Positions 63,248-64,000 of a DNA stretch of 64,000 nucleotides are shown here, piece after piece. Numbering within the stretch: the first letter of the stretch is position 1; every line of letters starts with the position of its first letter. The position numbers and the translations under genes are program-made. Origin of the DNA: Mobula hypostoma (Eukaryota); the NCBI RefSeq assembly GCF_963921235.1, contig NC_086097.1, forward strand, positions 211,422,001-211,486,000, written 5' to 3'. Under the pieces are notes generated by a model that was not told where the DNA came from, did no database searches, and saw only the letters and a list, made by a program, of their open reading frames with translations.

Positions 63248-64000
63248 TTAAATTGGATTAGACATTGGCTCAATGGAAGAAGCCAAAGAGTGGTAGTAGA
63301 GAATTGCTTCTCCGAGTGGTGGCCTGTGACTAGTGGTGTGCCACAGGGATCAGTGCTGGGTCCATTGGTATCTGTCATCTATATCAATGATCTGGATGAT
63401 AATGTGGTAAATTGGATCAGTAAATTTGCTGATGATACAAAGATTGGAGGTATAGTAGACAGTGAGGAAGGTTTTCAGATCCTGCAGAGGGACTTGGGCC
63501 AGCTGGAAAAATGGGCTGAAAAATGGCAGATGGAGTTTAATACAGACAAGTGTGAGGTATTGCATGTTGGAAGGACAAACCAAGGTAGAACATAATGGTA
63601 AGGCACTGAGGAGTGCAGTGGAACAGAGGGATCTGGGAATACAGATACAATATTCCCTAAAAGTGGCGTCACAGGTAGATAGGGTCGTAAAGAGAGCTTT
63701 TGGTACATTGGCCTTTATTAATCGAAATATTGAGTATAATAGCTGGAATGTTATGATGAGGTTGTATAAGGCATTGGTGAGGCCGAATCTGGAGTATTGT
63801 GTTCAGTTTTGGTCACCAAATTACAGGAAGGATATTAATAAGGTTGAAAGGGTACAGAGAAGGTTTACAAGGTTTTTGCCGGGACTTGAGAAACTCAGTT
63901 GCAGAGGAAGGTTGAATAGGTTAGGACTTTATTCCCTGGAGCGTAGAAGAATGAGGGGAGATTTGATAGAGGTATATAAAATTATGATGGGTATTGATAG
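63248..64000 (+). mobile_element. CR1 LINE RT region (runs off the window)
   Basis: VTSGVPQGSVLGP..IYINDLD..SKFADDTKIG; LYKALVRPNLEYC. Confidence 0.92.

Overview
Eukaryotic genomic DNA, repeat-dominated. The repeat repertoire (CR1, Rex1/Babar, RTE, L1, HERO, Penelope-derived units, HE1/V-type SINEs, Gypsy, hAT, Tc1, Tigger) suggests a cartilaginous fish, probably a ray; this is inference. No intact host protein-coding gene is recognisable. A CpG island at about 43.25-44.4 kb probably marks the promoter and non-coding first exon of a + strand gene. Most ORFs in the supplied track are TE fragments or antisense noise. The most striking object is a complete, TSD-flanked non-autonomous Gypsy LTR element (37534-40138, - strand). 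Its pol is replaced, in frame with the Gag zinc knuckles, by a mosaic of host coding fragments: a Rabaptin-5/RABEP1 coiled coil, the CIN85/SH3KBP1 C-terminal coiled coil and an unidentified Lys-rich piece. Other notable items: a TSD-flanked Penelope-derived palindrome with a minimal hammerhead ribozyme on each strand; an L1 with intact ORF1 but an in-frame RT-less ORF2; a Gypsy whose PBS pairs with its own LTR (possible self-priming); and a 0.9 kb inverted duplication. Protein family assignments come from remembered motifs, not database searches, and boundaries of old repeats are approximate.
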